Shown here: positions 18,894 through 26,595 of the stretch, piece by piece
Layout: every line of letters starts with the position of its first letter
Numbering within the stretch: the first letter of the stretch is position 1
Notes under the pieces: generated by a model
Databases searched by the model: none
Told to the model about the DNA's origin: nothing
What the model saw: the letters and a program-made list of their open reading frames with translations, nothing else
Source of the DNA: Nitrosococcus oceani ATCC 19707
GTDB taxonomy: Bacteria; Pseudomonadota; Gammaproteobacteria; Nitrosococcales; Nitrosococcaceae
NCBI RefSeq assembly: GCF_000012805.1
Contig: NC_007484.1
Location: 2,826,883 to 2,858,882 of the forward strand
Reading direction: 5' to 3'
Length of the DNA: 32,000 nucleotides
Program-made: the position numbers and the translations under genes

Positions 18894-20144
18894 CTAGACA
18901 AACGTGGGAACTAATGGACCGCCGATAGGTATCGGAATCTCATTCCCCTCTGGATCAACGAAGAAGATCAAGCCCGCAAAGCGGCTGTCTGGATCATAAA
19001 TGACGTCGGCCATACGCTGAACTTCCCAGGCGGCATCGGTGGCGGAGATGTCAACAACTACGGTTTCACCTGGAGCGATATCCTGTTGACTCACTTCCAA
19101 CCCTTCCGGTGCCAACAACTCCTCAGGATAATCCGTCTCATCAACCCGCACATTTGCATTCATGAATCGAATGCCCCCAGTATTGAACTCGCCAATAGAA
19201 ATCACCTGGTCAGTATGGTTAGTGATTTCAACCGTCATGCTGATAGTCCGCCCCGGCACCCGATAGTTAGCCTTAAGCACGTTAGCGCTTACCATCGAAT
19301 TATAATCCACCGGCAAGGAGTCAATAGTGCCCAGCAGCCCAGCCTGCAACGGAATGGTGACTGGGAATTTATCCTCAGCACTCTTGAAGCCGAACAAAAT
19401 AATGAGCAGGACGCCCACAAGAACGCCTATAGTCAATTTTTTGTCCTGGGCAGTTACTAGATCATTAGCCTCGCCCGCCTCTATTCTCATGTAGCGGGGC
19501 AAGAACATGGGACGGCGGGCCCACCACCAAATCCAGGCGATACCAAGAACGTACCAGAACAGATGCCAACCAATAACCGTGCCCGTGGCCATGGTTTCCA
19601 GGTTGACCGTATTACCGGTCAGATCCGTGATTTTGCTCTCAAAATCAGCCATATCTCCGGTAATGGTGATGTATTTACCTGGACCGATGAGCGGCCCCCC
19701 TCCTTGGACATTTAGCAAGGTATGAACATGCCACGTCCCAGGACGGCGCCCTTGCATCGTCATCTCAAACTCGTAATCGCCGCCCAATTCAAGACCTATC
19801 GAACGAGGGACGAACATACCATTGACGTAGGAAGTAAGCCGAGCCGTGACTGGACCAGGTTGACCCGCATTTAAAAAGGATACATGGGGTTTTTCGACTG
19901 CTTCCGGCCAATCCTCAAAAACCCGGAACTTCCCGCTTATGGTATAGGTCTCATTAACCGCAATGGTATCCTTGGACCATACCATGTCATACCAATGGAT
20001 TGTCCGCATGCGCAGGAAAGCTGCCTGCGCCTTCTCGCCATGGGCAGCTACTGTCGGAATATAGAAAACGCTTGAGGCTATCACCGCAGTAAACCCAATG
20101 GCTAGCCACTTTCTGGCTCGATTTGTTATATGGGTACCTTTCAT
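18894..20144 (-). CDS. amoB: Ammonia monooxygenase subunit B
   Basis: 416 aa. The mature N-terminus HGEKAQAAFLRMRTIHWYD and the HxH motif TWHVHTLL correspond to the PmoB/AmoB copper ligands. Two central TM helices separate the two cupredoxin-like domains. Confidence 0.95.
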   Translation of the reverse strand: MKGTHITNRARKWLAIGFTAVIASSVFYIPTVAAHGEKAQAAFLRMRTIHWYDMVWSKDTIAVNETYTISGKFRVFEDWPEAVEKPHVSFLNAGQPGPVTARLTSYVNGMFVPRSIGLELGGDYEFEMTMQGRRPGTWHVHTLLNVQGGGPLIGPGKYITITGDMADFESKITDLTGNTVNLETMATGTVIGWHLFWYVLGIAWIWWWARRPMFLPRYMRIEAGEANDLVTAQDKKLTIGVLVGVLLIILFGFKSAEDKFPVTIPLQAGLLGTIDSLPVDYNSMVSANVLKANYRVPGRTISMTVEITNHTDQVISIGEFNTGGIRFMNANVRVDETDYPEELLAPEGLEVSQQDIAPGETVVVDISATDAAWEVQRMADVIYDPDSRFAGLIFFVDPEGNEIPIPIGGPLVPTFV

Positions 20145-20209
20145 GTTCTCCGTCTCTCTTTTTGTATTTTAGAATTTTAGAATTATTATCCTCATTATCA
20201 CAAACGATT

Positions 20210-20953
20210 CTACACTTGGTCGATATGGTAGTCCTTGGAGAACCAGCGGCCAACAAAGTGCCACACAAAGTACATTACCATGGCAACAAAACCCGAGAAG
20301 AAAGCTGAAACCGGGACCACGTCCTTACCAAACGTTCTCAAGGTACCTTTCTCAATCATCCGGATATACTCAGGAGTACCGGTCCGGACGTATTGGTAGC
20401 CCATAATATCGGCCAAAGACATTACTACTCCATTGTACTCAGCAGGCACATGGAATGCCGAAAGCAGCGGCCAGTTAGCGGGATACATCAACAAACCGTA
20501 CATTAATCCACCCACTACCGCCGTCAAGCCGTAGCTCTTGGAAATCGCAAGCATGGCATCCAAGAACAGCGCCATGGGCAGCAGAATGGTCGGCCATACG
20601 AAATTAATCGGAAAATAGGTAAACCCTACGAAATTAAAGTAGCGGTTAGCCCACTCACCTGCTAACACCCCTAGCGTTACAAGGGTAGCACCAAAGGGAA
20701 GGCGGAACTTCTCCCAAAAAAACGCCTGTGCAGCAGCGGGGTAAGCAACCGATACAATGGGAACTACGGTGACCCAAAAACGCCGGTCTTTCCAGTCAAC
20801 CCAGAAATCCCAGTCGCCCATTAAAAGCATGACGTGAACGTGGTGGGAAGCCAGCAAAATCATAAAAAAAGCCCCTAACGCTATAAAATCCAACGTTCTA
20901 GAGACTTTAGCAGCTTCCTCCGGTGTACGAACCGCAGACGTAAGTGCACTCAT
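20210..20953 (-). CDS. amoA: Ammonia monooxygenase subunit A
   Basis: 247 aa polytopic membrane protein with full-length AmoA/PmoA character (GDWDFWVDWKDRRFWVTV, YPINFV, TPEYIRMIE). AGGAGGG lies upstream of the ATG. Confidence 0.97.
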   Translation of the reverse strand: MSALTSAVRTPEEAAKVSRTLDFIALGAFFMILLASHHVHVMLLMGDWDFWVDWKDRRFWVTVVPIVSVAYPAAAQAFFWEKFRLPFGATLVTLGVLAGEWANRYFNFVGFTYFPINFVWPTILLPMALFLDAMLAISKSYGLTAVVGGLMYGLLMYPANWPLLSAFHVPAEYNGVVMSLADIMGYQYVRTGTPEYIRMIEKGTLRTFGKDVVPVSAFFSGFVAMVMYFVWHFVGRWFSKDYHIDQV

Positions 20954-21163
20954 TAAACCTGCCCTCCTAAAAATATTAAGGGTTCTATTTAAACTAATTT
21001 ATGATTATTCATTCATCGGATCCAGAAATCCATGAATTCTAAAGGTATGCTTCCTGCCACCTATTTTAACAGCTACTTTCTCATTAGGTTGCTTACTTCC
21101 ATTTCTTTCAACCCGATATAGATAAGCGTATCCCTAATAAAATTTCTGTACAGCACTTTATAC

Positions 21164-21211
21164 AAAAAGGCGGCCACGATCTCATTAACTATTCCGGAGA
21201 TTGCGACCGCC
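21164..21211 (-). terminator. Hairpin plus T-run about 50 nt downstream of amoC (intrinsic terminator/attenuator)
   Basis: In mRNA sense the sequence is GGCGGTCGCAATCTC-(13 nt)-GAGATCGTGGCCGCC. That gives 12 Watson-Crick pairs plus 1 G:U out of 15, with a GGCGG/CCGCC clamp. TTTTTGT follows immediately. Confidence 0.55.
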
Positions 21212-21262
21212 CTTCTATTCAACCCTTCGCTAACTGAAAATCAAATATGATAATCTTAAATA

Positions 21263-22048
21263 TCAGCTACGGGCATAGTCCTCGCTCTGCTGCAGCTCTC
21301 TGCCGATCAATTCCTTCATACGGGGCTGAACCTGCAGAAACACCCCGAATACTGCAAGGATAAACCAAGCAAAGAATACAAAACCCCAGTGCAGAGGTGC
21401 CACAAACAGCTCCTCCATAAACCAGAAGGTGTGACCCCATTCATTCAGACCCACATTCGGGAAGATCATAAAGGGTCCAAACACCAACATGAGGTAGGGT
21501 ACAGACCAGCCCTTTGCAAAATAAGGAATACGGGTCTTAGCATACGTGAACGAACCTAAACCTACCATTACGTAGATCGGGTAGCTCATGTAGAACTCAA
21601 TAATATGGCTTGGGGTGAAGTCTGTATCCCGAACTACGGTCTGATGCCAAGCACCATCCTGCTCGGTAAAGAAGCTCGCGCCCCAGAATAACCCAACGCC
21701 ATAAACAACCCACCACATATAAAGGGTGCAGTAACGGCGCAGCTCCTCGCGGGGAGTCATGGCTTCCATATTGCGATCCCGGGTCTTAATTAGGTAAGAA
21801 ACCAGGGCTGCTGTTGCCAGTGCCTCAACAACGAGCTCAATGTACAGCAGATTCATCCAGTATGTTTGGAATTCCGGCGAAAAGGCATCTAAACCATACT
21901 TCCATCCATAAACACCTTCATACCAACGCACACAGATGTAGAACGCGAAAAAGGCCGCGACCGCTAACCACATGCCACGCCAGGCAAAGAGATCAGCAGT
22001 TTCTTTCTCGGCTACTCCTTGCGCTACAGCTCTACTAGTTGCAGCCAT
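21263..22048 (-). CDS. amoC: Ammonia monooxygenase subunit C
   Basis: 261 aa polytopic membrane protein with full-length AmoC/PmoC character (NEWGHTFWFMEELFVAPLHWGF carries the conserved metal-site residues). AGGAGG lies upstream of the ATG. Confidence 0.97.
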   Translation of the reverse strand: MAATSRAVAQGVAEKETADLFAWRGMWLAVAAFFAFYICVRWYEGVYGWKYGLDAFSPEFQTYWMNLLYIELVVEALATAALVSYLIKTRDRNMEAMTPREELRRYCTLYMWWVVYGVGLFWGASFFTEQDGAWHQTVVRDTDFTPSHIIEFYMSYPIYVMVGLGSFTYAKTRIPYFAKGWSVPYLMLVFGPFMIFPNVGLNEWGHTFWFMEELFVAPLHWGFVFFAWFILAVFGVFLQVQPRMKELIGRELQQSEDYARS

Positions 22049-22209
22049 ATTGATAGCCTCCTATTTGACTGAAACCATTGTAATAGTGATGACACTTGAC
22101 CAGCCATGAAACACCGGCCCTTAGGCCCTCACTTCCTATATGCTTCCCTCGTTTTAAGTTTATTACTTTGAGGGAATATCAAATCCTTTCTTATAACCAT
22201 GCAAGTCCT

Positions 22210-22425
22210 TTAGCAACTAAGTGTAGCACTCGTGTAAAGCCTGTCAAGCCATAATAAACACGAATTTTTAATACTTTTTTCACCATCTACTTTTGGAAAA
22301 ATCCAATGGCTCGTACAGTATGGAGAGTTCATCATAGCTGATAACGCCCACGAGCTTGGGGCACCATTAATCTGCTGGAAAGGGACAGCCTGTCTCCTCA
22401 CTTCTTTGGTGCTTCTATTTCTCAT
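22210..22425 (-). CDS. amoR: Small ORF upstream of amoC, candidate amoR (orf1 of the amoRCABD nomenclature proposed for Nitrosococcus oceani)
   Basis: 71-72 codons in the position described for amoR, 161 nt upstream of amoC. Coding evidence from the sequence alone is weak: there is no SD before ATG 22425 or TTG 22428, and no recognisable domain or motif. Confidence 0.35.
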   Translation of the reverse strand: MRNRSTKEVRRQAVPFQQINGAPSSWALSAMMNSPYCTSHWIFPKVDGEKSIKNSCLLWLDRLYTSATLSC

Positions 22426-22486
22426 CAATCTTTTTTTGGAATGTTATGATTTGGGATCTCTATAATTTCGGTAAAAATTCTCATCC

Positions 22487-23323
22487 ATGGCTACGCTTAT
22501 TCTTCAAGGACCCCGATTAACTCTGGATCTCGCTAATAAAATTTCCCAACAAACAAATACCGAGCTTCACTCACACGGAGCCCATTATCGGCTTTATGGC
22601 AAGCAACCATTTTCCCCTCAAACCTTGGCGACACTGCGCTCAACCCATAATAGCCTTGATATTAACCTTTTTCCCGAGAACTACCACCCTGAGCAGATAC
22701 GCCTTTTTGTTACTGACATGGATTCCACTTTTATTAACATCGAATGTATTAATGAAATCGCTGCCTTTGCCGGTAAAGAAGCACAGGTCAGCGCGATTAC
22801 CACCGCCGCTATGCGGGGTGAAATCAATTTCGAAACTTCGCTCATCCAACGAGTCAAGCTATTGGCAGGTATTTCTATCAATGTCCTCGCCGAAATCTAT
22901 GAAAAACGTCTTACTATCAATCCGGGCGGGGAATGCTTACTGGCCGCACTCAAACAACGTGATATTAAGATCGCCTTGGTCTCCGGCGGCTTTACCTACT
23001 TTACCGAACGTTTGAAGCAAGAATACGATTTGGACTATACGTTGGCCAACCAGCTAGAAGTTAGGAATAATCGGCTTACCGGTACCCTTGCAGGCCAGAT
23101 TGTAGGAGCCAGTGCTAAGGCTAGGTTTTTGCTTATGTTATGCGAAAAATTAGCCATCAAACCTCGGCAAACAATCGCCATCGGTGATGGAGCTAATGAT
23201 TTGGAGATGTTGAAGGTCGCGGGACTTAGCATAGCTTACCATGCTAAACCAAAAGTACAGGCAGCAACCCAGGTAACTCTTAACCATACTACCCTAGATG
23301 GAATTTTGCCGTTTTTATTATAA
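22487..23323 (+). CDS. serB: Phosphoserine phosphatase
   Basis: 278 aa with HAD motif I VTDMDSTFI, motif II SGGF and motif IV GDGANDLEM, plus the N-terminal regulatory-type extension typical of SerB. Confidence 0.9.
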   Translation: MATLILQGPRLTLDLANKISQQTNTELHSHGAHYRLYGKQPFSPQTLATLRSTHNSLDINLFPENYHPEQIRLFVTDMDSTFINIECINEIAAFAGKEAQVSAITTAAMRGEINFETSLIQRVKLLAGISINVLAEIYEKRLTINPGGECLLAALKQRDIKIALVSGGFTYFTERLKQEYDLDYTLANQLEVRNNRLTGTLAGQIVGASAKARFLLMLCEKLAIKPRQTIAIGDGANDLEMLKVAGLSIAYHAKPKVQAATQVTLNHTTLDGILPFLL

Positions 23324-23499
23324 AAACAGCCATTCTGGGTCGAATAAATTTCTTATGCCCCACCCTACTACAAGTAAGGATTTAACGATCTCTCAGCCAA
23401 AATTTTGAAAATAGAGATGAGGCATCGAAATAAATAAACTCTTCTTGGCTAGCGTTAAGCAGCAGAGTGCTCTGCGGGATCGAATGTTGGGTCTTCGCG

Positions 23500-23540
23500 C
23501 TTACCTGTATTTGCGTGCCCCGTCTGCAAATACAGGTAAG
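23500..23540. terminator. Hairpin between convergent serB and the cupredoxin gene (possible bidirectional terminator)
   Basis: Perfect 15-bp stem CTTACCTGTATTTGC-(11 nt)-GCAAATACAGGTAAG, followed by TATTTCTTCG on the plus strand. Confidence 0.5.
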
Positions 23541-23635
23541 TATTTCTTCGCTACTTGACTATTTTATTATTTAGCTTCTTGCATGGGGCTTTACCCCAAT
23601 TTACTACCCAGAGTAGTAGCCAACAGGCTACTTGA

Positions 23636-24655
23636 TTACAAGCGCCACCGTTTGCGCTGTTTGGTTTCTGGCCCAAAATTCTGTACTTGCTCCGATGATT
23701 CTCTACGCTTTTTGCTAAGTCGCCCCAAACCGATCATCGCCAGAGCCAAACCTATTGCCCCTGCGCCTAAAGAAGAACCTATGACGCTCCAGCTCGCTTC
23801 CATTTGATAGGAATCCGGATAGTTTGGGGCTGTTAATCCTGGAATGCTAGGAAAGTCCTGATCCCCACTCCCTACTTTCAATTGGGCTTTCATCCCTTTT
23901 TCTGTATGCTGAGCGATATCGCAATGGACAAAATAAGTTTTCTCAACGCTCGGCACAATAAAAGTTCCCGTCCGGCGACCGGGGCCAGCTAATTCGAGGT
24001 GAAACATTCCCTGAGGATAAAGATACCCCGGCAACATGTGAACCATCCACTGGTGGCGAATATCGTCTTCATTGATAAAGGTGACCGTGATTCGAGTACA
24101 GGGCTTGACCTTCCATTCATGCTGATCATAACCAAATACCGTTCCCGGAAAATCCTTAGCATACTTAGTTCCTGCTCGCACCGTAATTTCCACATCACCT
24201 GCAAGTTTGGGGCAGTCGCGAGGCAGGTTATCCGTATTCTCATTCATGACCATACCATGAGCATCCATGTCCATCATGTGGTGTTCGTGTTCAAATTCAT
24301 GATGAATATGGCCTTCTTCTTCCTGCGGAGGGGCAGTTACCTTAACATCTGCCGTCCTTGGGCCATGTTCATGGTGATGGTGGTGCATTGGCTCCTCTTC
24401 AGTTGCCGCTGATTCTTCCTCGGTCGAAACATCTGCTGCTGGAACCTGGGCAGAAGCTTTTTCTTCCGGCGCGGGTTCCAGCCGCCCCTTCTCCTGGGAT
24501 TCCACGTCCCTAGGATGCTCGTGATGATGATGCTCCGGCGCGGCAGCCTCCGATGGCAATTTATCCTGCTTTGGGCCGTCAGCCGATTCCACAGCGGCGG
24601 CACCTAACGAAAGCATAAGCGCCGCACTAAATATGAATAATTGATAACCCATCAT
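23636..24655 (-). CDS. Membrane-anchored periplasmic cupredoxin (type-1 copper-like site) with a long His/Met/acidic N-terminal region
   Basis: 339 aa with a signal peptide and His tracts EHHHHEH, MHHHHHEH, HIHHEFEHEHHMMDMDAHGMVM. The cupredoxin domain carries candidate ligands H201 or H206 and HCDIAQHTEKGM (C245, H250, M255). The C-terminal TM helix is WSVIGSSLGAGAIGLALAMIGLG, followed by a basic tail. Confidence 0.75.
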   Translation of the reverse strand: MMGYQLFIFSAALMLSLGAAAVESADGPKQDKLPSEAAAPEHHHHEHPRDVESQEKGRLEPAPEEKASAQVPAADVSTEEESAATEEEPMHHHHHEHGPRTADVKVTAPPQEEEGHIHHEFEHEHHMMDMDAHGMVMNENTDNLPRDCPKLAGDVEITVRAGTKYAKDFPGTVFGYDQHEWKVKPCTRITVTFINEDDIRHQWMVHMLPGYLYPQGMFHLELAGPGRRTGTFIVPSVEKTYFVHCDIAQHTEKGMKAQLKVGSGDQDFPSIPGLTAPNYPDSYQMEASWSVIGSSLGAGAIGLALAMIGLGRLSKKRRESSEQVQNFGPETKQRKRWRL

Positions 24656-24662
24656 GTTCTAT

Positions 24663-26354
24663 TTATACCTCCTTGGAGCGCCGCTTCAAGATCATGATTG
24701 AGCGAATCCCAATGACGATACCCCCGAGCAATAATCCCACGCCAAAAGCAAGCAAAGCAGGCTGAATGCGAAGTTGATCTGGTACTTTACTAATCTCGCC
24801 AAACAGATTTTCTTGATCAAAACTTGCCCATACCGGCACTTCCTTTTGATAAAATTCCTTACTAAAATAAGGTTTTAAATCAACCCCCCTACCGAGCGGC
24901 ATACCCTCTTCGCCGAGAAATGACTCATAAACAATGCTGGTCACGTCTCCGCCAGGATTCATCCCATCAGTGGTAACGGCCCGCTCCGTATGATCATGCA
25001 ACAACCAGATCCCTTCCCCATAGCTGTGGAAACCATCAATACTGGTATTCAGAGCAAGATCAATGCGCTGGGCGGGTCCTAGCTCATAAACATCCCGCGT
25101 GATCCATGCCTCTGGGTTATGGGGGGCCCCATCATAAGCGGTAATGGTCATTTTATGGCCATGGCTGTGAATGTAGGCAGGATCTTGGCCCGCGTTCCCC
25201 ATCCGAATCTTTACCAACTCATTGGGTTTCACCACTACCAGCGATTCCCGCAGGGTATAGGGAAAAGAACGGCCATTAAGCAGAAAATAATTAGTTGGAT
25301 TCTCAGTGATATTATAATCACGGTTAATCGCCTTGGAGATCAACCGCGCATCATTAGCGATCTTAATCTTATCCGCCAAGGTCTTGTCAACGCTCTGATA
25401 AAGAAGATCATACTCCCGATCATAGGTCTCTTTCACCGCTACTGAGGGATGACGTACATGCCCTCCCCCTACATTCAGGGTCTGGACCCAATTACTGGGA
25501 CGATTTTCTTCCACCACCATCAACCCTACCAACCCCATTCCAATATGGGCATGGGGCTGAACATGGCAATGGTAAAGCATGGTCCCCGCATGCCGGGGAG
25601 TCATCTCATAAGTACGGCTCTCTCCCGGCATTAAGGGCAGCTCGCTGGTCTGGGGAACCCCATCGTTCCCTTCACCCGCCGCATTCACGAAGGGGTGATC
25701 GACCCCATGAAAATGGATCGTATGGGGAAGATAATGGGTATTCTCGAGAGTAATTTTTATGGTATCTCCCTGCTCAACGCGGATAACGGGAGAAGGCGCT
25801 CGCAGATAAGCATTAGCTTGCAAACTCTCGAAGTTAAGGGTGGACATACCGCGGGTCTTGGGGGCAAAAACCCAGAACCCAGGCTGGACACCCGGTGCAA
25901 TCGAATAGGCAGGAATAGGCTCCGGAGTATCCGGCGAGAATCCGTTTAGCTCGGCCACTTCTAACCGAAGATGGATGACATCCGGATCCCCATCCCCATC
26001 GCGGTCCTCACCTTTGGTGACCGCATCCATCGCAAGCTGGGTCTCCATAATGGTGTCATGGGAAACATTGTTCGTGCCTTTGACGAATGCAGCAATATCT
26101 GCTGGGTTATCCGGGCTGCAAAAAGGTGATGCTTCCACGAGCATCCCCTCAATCACCTGACGCTCTCGCCAAACTGGATCCACATCGGGGCACATCGGCT
26201 CGATCTCCAACTCAGCAAGGTTGAAACTCTCAGTTGCTGGGGGCCGTTGGTAGGGAGCCGACCGCACTATGGAAGGGAACAAGAGAACAAAGCTCCCTAA
26301 CCCTATCACAACGGCAAAGAAGGCATGACGTATATTCATCATTTGCATACACAT
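24663..26354 (-). CDS. Two-domain multicopper oxidase (type-C-like motif order) with C-terminal membrane anchor
   Basis: 563 aa. Copper motifs are HFH (aa 214-216), HCHVQPHAHIGM (aa 262-273), HSH (aa 396-398) and HDH (aa 453-455). The N-terminal signal lacks an RR motif. The C-terminal TM helix is LLAFGVGLLLGGIVIGIRSIMIL followed by KRRSKEV. Confidence 0.85.
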   Translation of the reverse strand: MCMQMMNIRHAFFAVVIGLGSFVLLFPSIVRSAPYQRPPATESFNLAELEIEPMCPDVDPVWRERQVIEGMLVEASPFCSPDNPADIAAFVKGTNNVSHDTIMETQLAMDAVTKGEDRDGDGDPDVIHLRLEVAELNGFSPDTPEPIPAYSIAPGVQPGFWVFAPKTRGMSTLNFESLQANAYLRAPSPVIRVEQGDTIKITLENTHYLPHTIHFHGVDHPFVNAAGEGNDGVPQTSELPLMPGESRTYEMTPRHAGTMLYHCHVQPHAHIGMGLVGLMVVEENRPSNWVQTLNVGGGHVRHPSVAVKETYDREYDLLYQSVDKTLADKIKIANDARLISKAINRDYNITENPTNYFLLNGRSFPYTLRESLVVVKPNELVKIRMGNAGQDPAYIHSHGHKMTITAYDGAPHNPEAWITRDVYELGPAQRIDLALNTSIDGFHSYGEGIWLLHDHTERAVTTDGMNPGGDVTSIVYESFLGEEGMPLGRGVDLKPYFSKEFYQKEVPVWASFDQENLFGEISKVPDQLRIQPALLAFGVGLLLGGIVIGIRSIMILKRRSKEV

Positions 26355-26595
26355 ACAACCTTATGAAGGATTCAACTTGGTATTTAGCGGCAGCCTGAAC
26401 CCCATATCCAGACCTGCTTTTTAGCTAAAAATCAACAATATTAGTTCTCTTTACCACTGCTTAGTTCCCTGATGACAAAGTTTTTAAAGAATTTCCTATT
26501 TCAAGCTTGCTGTTGGTAAAGATAGAGAATGCGGGAAAAACGGATAACCGCAATAGCTAATTTAAAATATTGGAAGATTTCTGTTTTGAGCAAAC

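Noticed and set aside
20166-20181. Tandem 8-mer ATTTTAGA x2 in the amoA-amoB spacer.
   Set aside because: There are only two copies in an AT-rich spacer, and there is no symmetric or conserved-looking context. It is most likely slippage or chance.
19086-20268. ORFs antisense to or overlapping amoB and the amoA-amoB spacer: 19086-19460 +, 19507-19725 +, 19884-20075 +, 19987-20268 -.
   Set aside because: All overlap the amoB or amoA coding frames, which have unmistakable family signatures. None has independent support.
20511-20522. Sense-strand ops-like GGCGGTAGTGGG inside the amoA coding region (encoding ..TAVVGG..).
   Set aside because: It is inside a highly constrained coding sequence, mismatches at position 11, and has no known precedent for RfaH control of amo. 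It is most simply a coincidence of the codons for a conserved peptide.
22596-23015. 139-aa plus-strand ORF in an alternative frame within serB, plus small minus-strand ORFs at 22640-22881 and 23035-23232.
   Set aside because: The serB frame carries all HAD motifs. The alternative frames have no motifs and no RBS, and they overlap serB completely.
26361-26405. 14-codon upstream ORF (MGFRLPLNTKLNPS*) ending 6 nt before the MCO start, and a 32-codon plus-strand ORF at 26529-26627.
   Set aside because: Both have weak or absent SD sequences and no distinctive composition, and ORFs of this size are expected by chance in 470 nt. I kept only the 37-aa smORF, which has SD, promoter and TM helix together.
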